DNA of 58,852 nt from Thermoplasmatota archaeon (GTDB taxonomy: Archaea; Thermoplasmatota; DTKX01; DATEUP01). The translations under genes and the position numbers were made by a program. Positions 58,783 through 58,852 of this stretch are shown piece after piece (positions within the stretch are counted from its first letter, which is position 1; every line of letters begins with the position of its first letter). The DNA lies in assembly GCA_035283065.1 (NCBI GenBank), contig DATEUP010000275.1, forward strand, positions 1 through 58,852, written 5' to 3'. Below the pieces are notes generated by a model that did no database searches, was not told the DNA's origin, and worked only from the letters and a program-made list of their open reading frames with translations.

Positions 58783-58852
58783 CGGTCGAGATCTGCCGCG
58801 AATCCGATGAGAAGCTGGCCCTCCGGTTCGTCACGGGCGACCGGCGGCCGCC
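58779..58852 (+). CDS. partial ORF, probable N-terminus of the SNF2 helicase
   Basis: GTGA overlap. VTVEICRESDEKLALRFVTGDRRP runs off the window. It is in frame with ORF 10-1905 if the terminal CCGCC copies are merged. Confidence 0.5.
   Translation, partial: MTVEICRESDEKLALRFVTGDRRP

Noticed and set aside
1-58852. tRNA, rRNA, integrase/att sites, transposases, terminase, portal
   Set aside because: I inspected every gap longer than about 60 nt and every ORF by eye and recognised none. This is a negative result from manual reading and needs tool-based confirmation.

Overview
All calls are made by eye from the sequence and the ORF track. Hand-counted motif coordinates may be off by 1-2 nt.

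The window is high-GC (roughly two-thirds G+C) and very gene-dense. It holds about 90 ORFs in about 20 blocks that alternate strand. Many genes are chained by ATGA/GTGA start-stop overlaps.

The window looks like a complete circular or circularly permuted replicon. Joining the two ends through a shared CCGCC fuses the last partial ORF in frame to the first ORF, an SNF2 helicase.

Recognisable content is phage-like replication, recombination and DNA modification:
- SNF2 helicase
- SMC/SbcC-like ATPase
- Rad52-type annealase plus a PD-(D/E)XK exonuclease
- RusA-like resolvase
- Dam, a beta-class N4/N6 methylase and a C5 methylase
- HNH and DUF559 nucleases
- DUF1376 protein
- an RHH regulator

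There is also a sugar and protein modification set: GT2, GT9, two CgeB-like glycosyltransferases, an RmlC-like cupin, three SAM methyltransferase folds and a dual-specificity phosphatase.

I could not recognise a terminase, portal, HK97-type capsid, tail, integrase, partition gene, tRNA, rRNA or CRISPR array.

About a third of the DNA encodes 11 otherwise dissimilar proteins (237 to about 1409 aa). All end in the same short basic tail, consensus R-x-A-A-x-R-x(-P). This is the most striking unexplained signal.

Other notable signals:
- A 16-bp palindrome, GGTACG-N4-CGTACC, recurs at five control regions.
- A second shared C-terminal tail, PNPAxPGPVTPT, occurs on two small ORFs.
- A family of small beta-rich proteins shares an NTLDG module.
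- The C5-methylase locus has two co-extensive same-strand reading frames, both carrying conserved-looking motifs.
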